NCBI GenBank assembly: GCA_023544495.1
Contig: JAMJFV010000004.1
Location: 1 to 32,772, forward strand
Length of the DNA: 32,772 nucleotides
Source of the DNA: ANME-2 cluster archaeon
GTDB lineage: Archaea > Halobacteriota > Methanosarcinia > Methanosarcinales > Methanocomedenaceae
Direction of reading: 5' to 3'
A model generated the notes under the pieces. That model saw nothing but the letters and a program-made list of their open reading frames with translations, was not told the origin of the DNA and did not search any database. The stretch's first letter is position 1. Each line of letters begins with the position of its first letter. The position numbers and the translations under genes were made by a program. Of the stretch, positions 32,400-32,772 are shown piece by piece.

Positions 32400-32772
32400 T
32401 CAATGGCGGTCTAGAATTCCCCATTTGTGGCGGTGTAAAAATCCCCACTTCACAATTTTTGGTGAAAGCACCAAATATTGTTATCAATGTTAGAAATGGA
32501 GGAATGGCTAATGCTAAGAGATCTACATACACGAGGAATGAACATCACTCAGATATCTAAAAAAACAGGACATGACAGGAAAACAGTACGTAAACATTTA
32601 GATAGTACATCTATGCCCGAGCCGCCAAAGCGGCCTGAAAAAGAAAGCAAGCTTGATAACTACAAAGATTACATCATCGCAAAGCTTCACGAAGGACCTT
32701 ACACAGCATCCCGCCTGCGATATGCAGATGATTTCATTGTTACTCCTAAAACTGAAGAAATAGCTGAAGAAG
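32398..32772 (+). mobile_element. left end of an IS21-family insertion sequence (continues past the window edge)
   Basis: The aminotransferase frame breaks at about 32400. The terminus candidate tgtcaatggcgg is followed by reiterated subterminal motifs (ggcggt twice, tccccaYtt twice). An IstA-like ORF then follows. Confidence 0.7.
32487..32772 (+). CDS. IS21-family transposase (IstA) N-terminal HTH region, partial; its last 18 codons read as a reverse-transcriptase YADD motif
   Basis: My translation is MLEMEEWLMLRDLHTRGMNITQISKKTGHDRKTVRKHLDSTSMPEPPKRPEKESKLDNYKDYIIAKLHEGPYTASRL, which is the IstA pattern (HTH, then SKLDxYKDYI). It continues RYADDFIVTPKTEEIAEE to the window end. The ORF has no stop inside the window, so it is absent from the ORF track. 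Confidence 0.65.
   Translation, partial: MLEMEEWLMLRDLHTRGMNITQISKKTGHDRKTVRKHLDSTSMPEPPKRPEKESKLDNYKDYIIAKLHEGPYTASRLRYADDFIVTPKTEEIAEE

Noticed and set aside
1-32772. Borg-like or other extrachromosomal element of a methane-oxidising archaeon, prompted by the several perfect tandem repeats
   Set aside because: The gene content is core chromosomal (mtd, ppdK, map, ribL, nob1, tRNA). Gene orientation is mixed rather than replichore-uniform, and composition is not markedly AT-rich overall. The repeats alone are insufficient evidence.
1-32772. In-frame TAG (pyrrolysine) or TGA (selenocysteine) recoding in any gene
   Set aside because: Every conserved gene I examined reads through without internal stops, apart from the frameshift cases listed. 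No methylamine methyltransferase or Sec-type gene is present. The TGA upstream of the GDCCVxC remnant has no supporting context.

Overview
Archaeal chromosomal window, gene-dense on both strands. Gene content suggests a cytochrome-containing Methanosarcinales / ANME-2d-like organism: F420-dependent methylene-H4MPT dehydrogenase (mtd), archaeal FAD synthase RibL, Tfx, Nob1, type-2 MetAP, PPDK and ccmAB. This lineage call is inference only. I support about 45 protein genes, most of them housekeeping or central metabolism. They include nadX, ccmAB, a CoADR/Nox-ferredoxin-thioredoxin cluster, ppdK, ribL, mtd, tfx, a geranylgeranyl-reductase-family flavoprotein, trkH, an LsrF-like aldolase plus Zn-ADH operon, map and an aminotransferase. 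There is one tRNA-Leu(UAG), no rRNA and no CRISPR array. Mobile or decayed DNA occurs in two places. A non-coding patch at about 28.5-29.3 kb next to the tRNA holds a GDCCVxC-type metal-binding gene remnant and a transposase HTH fragment. At the right edge an IS21-like element interrupts the aminotransferase gene, and its transposase reading frame switches into a reverse-transcriptase YADD motif. Several genes have start or frame anomalies: ccmA lacks a canonical start, an orphan PIN gene is frameshifted, and the map 5' end is frameshifted. I found no convincing new multi-gene system such as a defence island. The best candidates for undescribed biology are four. (i) A 5-TM membrane protein whose soluble half is an exactly in-register array of 23-residue repeats, behind a perfectly duplicated 36-bp promoter-like segment. 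(ii) A tandem pair of small B-box-like Cys/His proteins. (iii) The LsrF-like aldolase / Zn-ADH / small Cys-protein operon. (iv) Helically phased 10-11 bp A/T repeats upstream of tfx. All family assignments come from reading the translations and from memory of the families. No searches were run.
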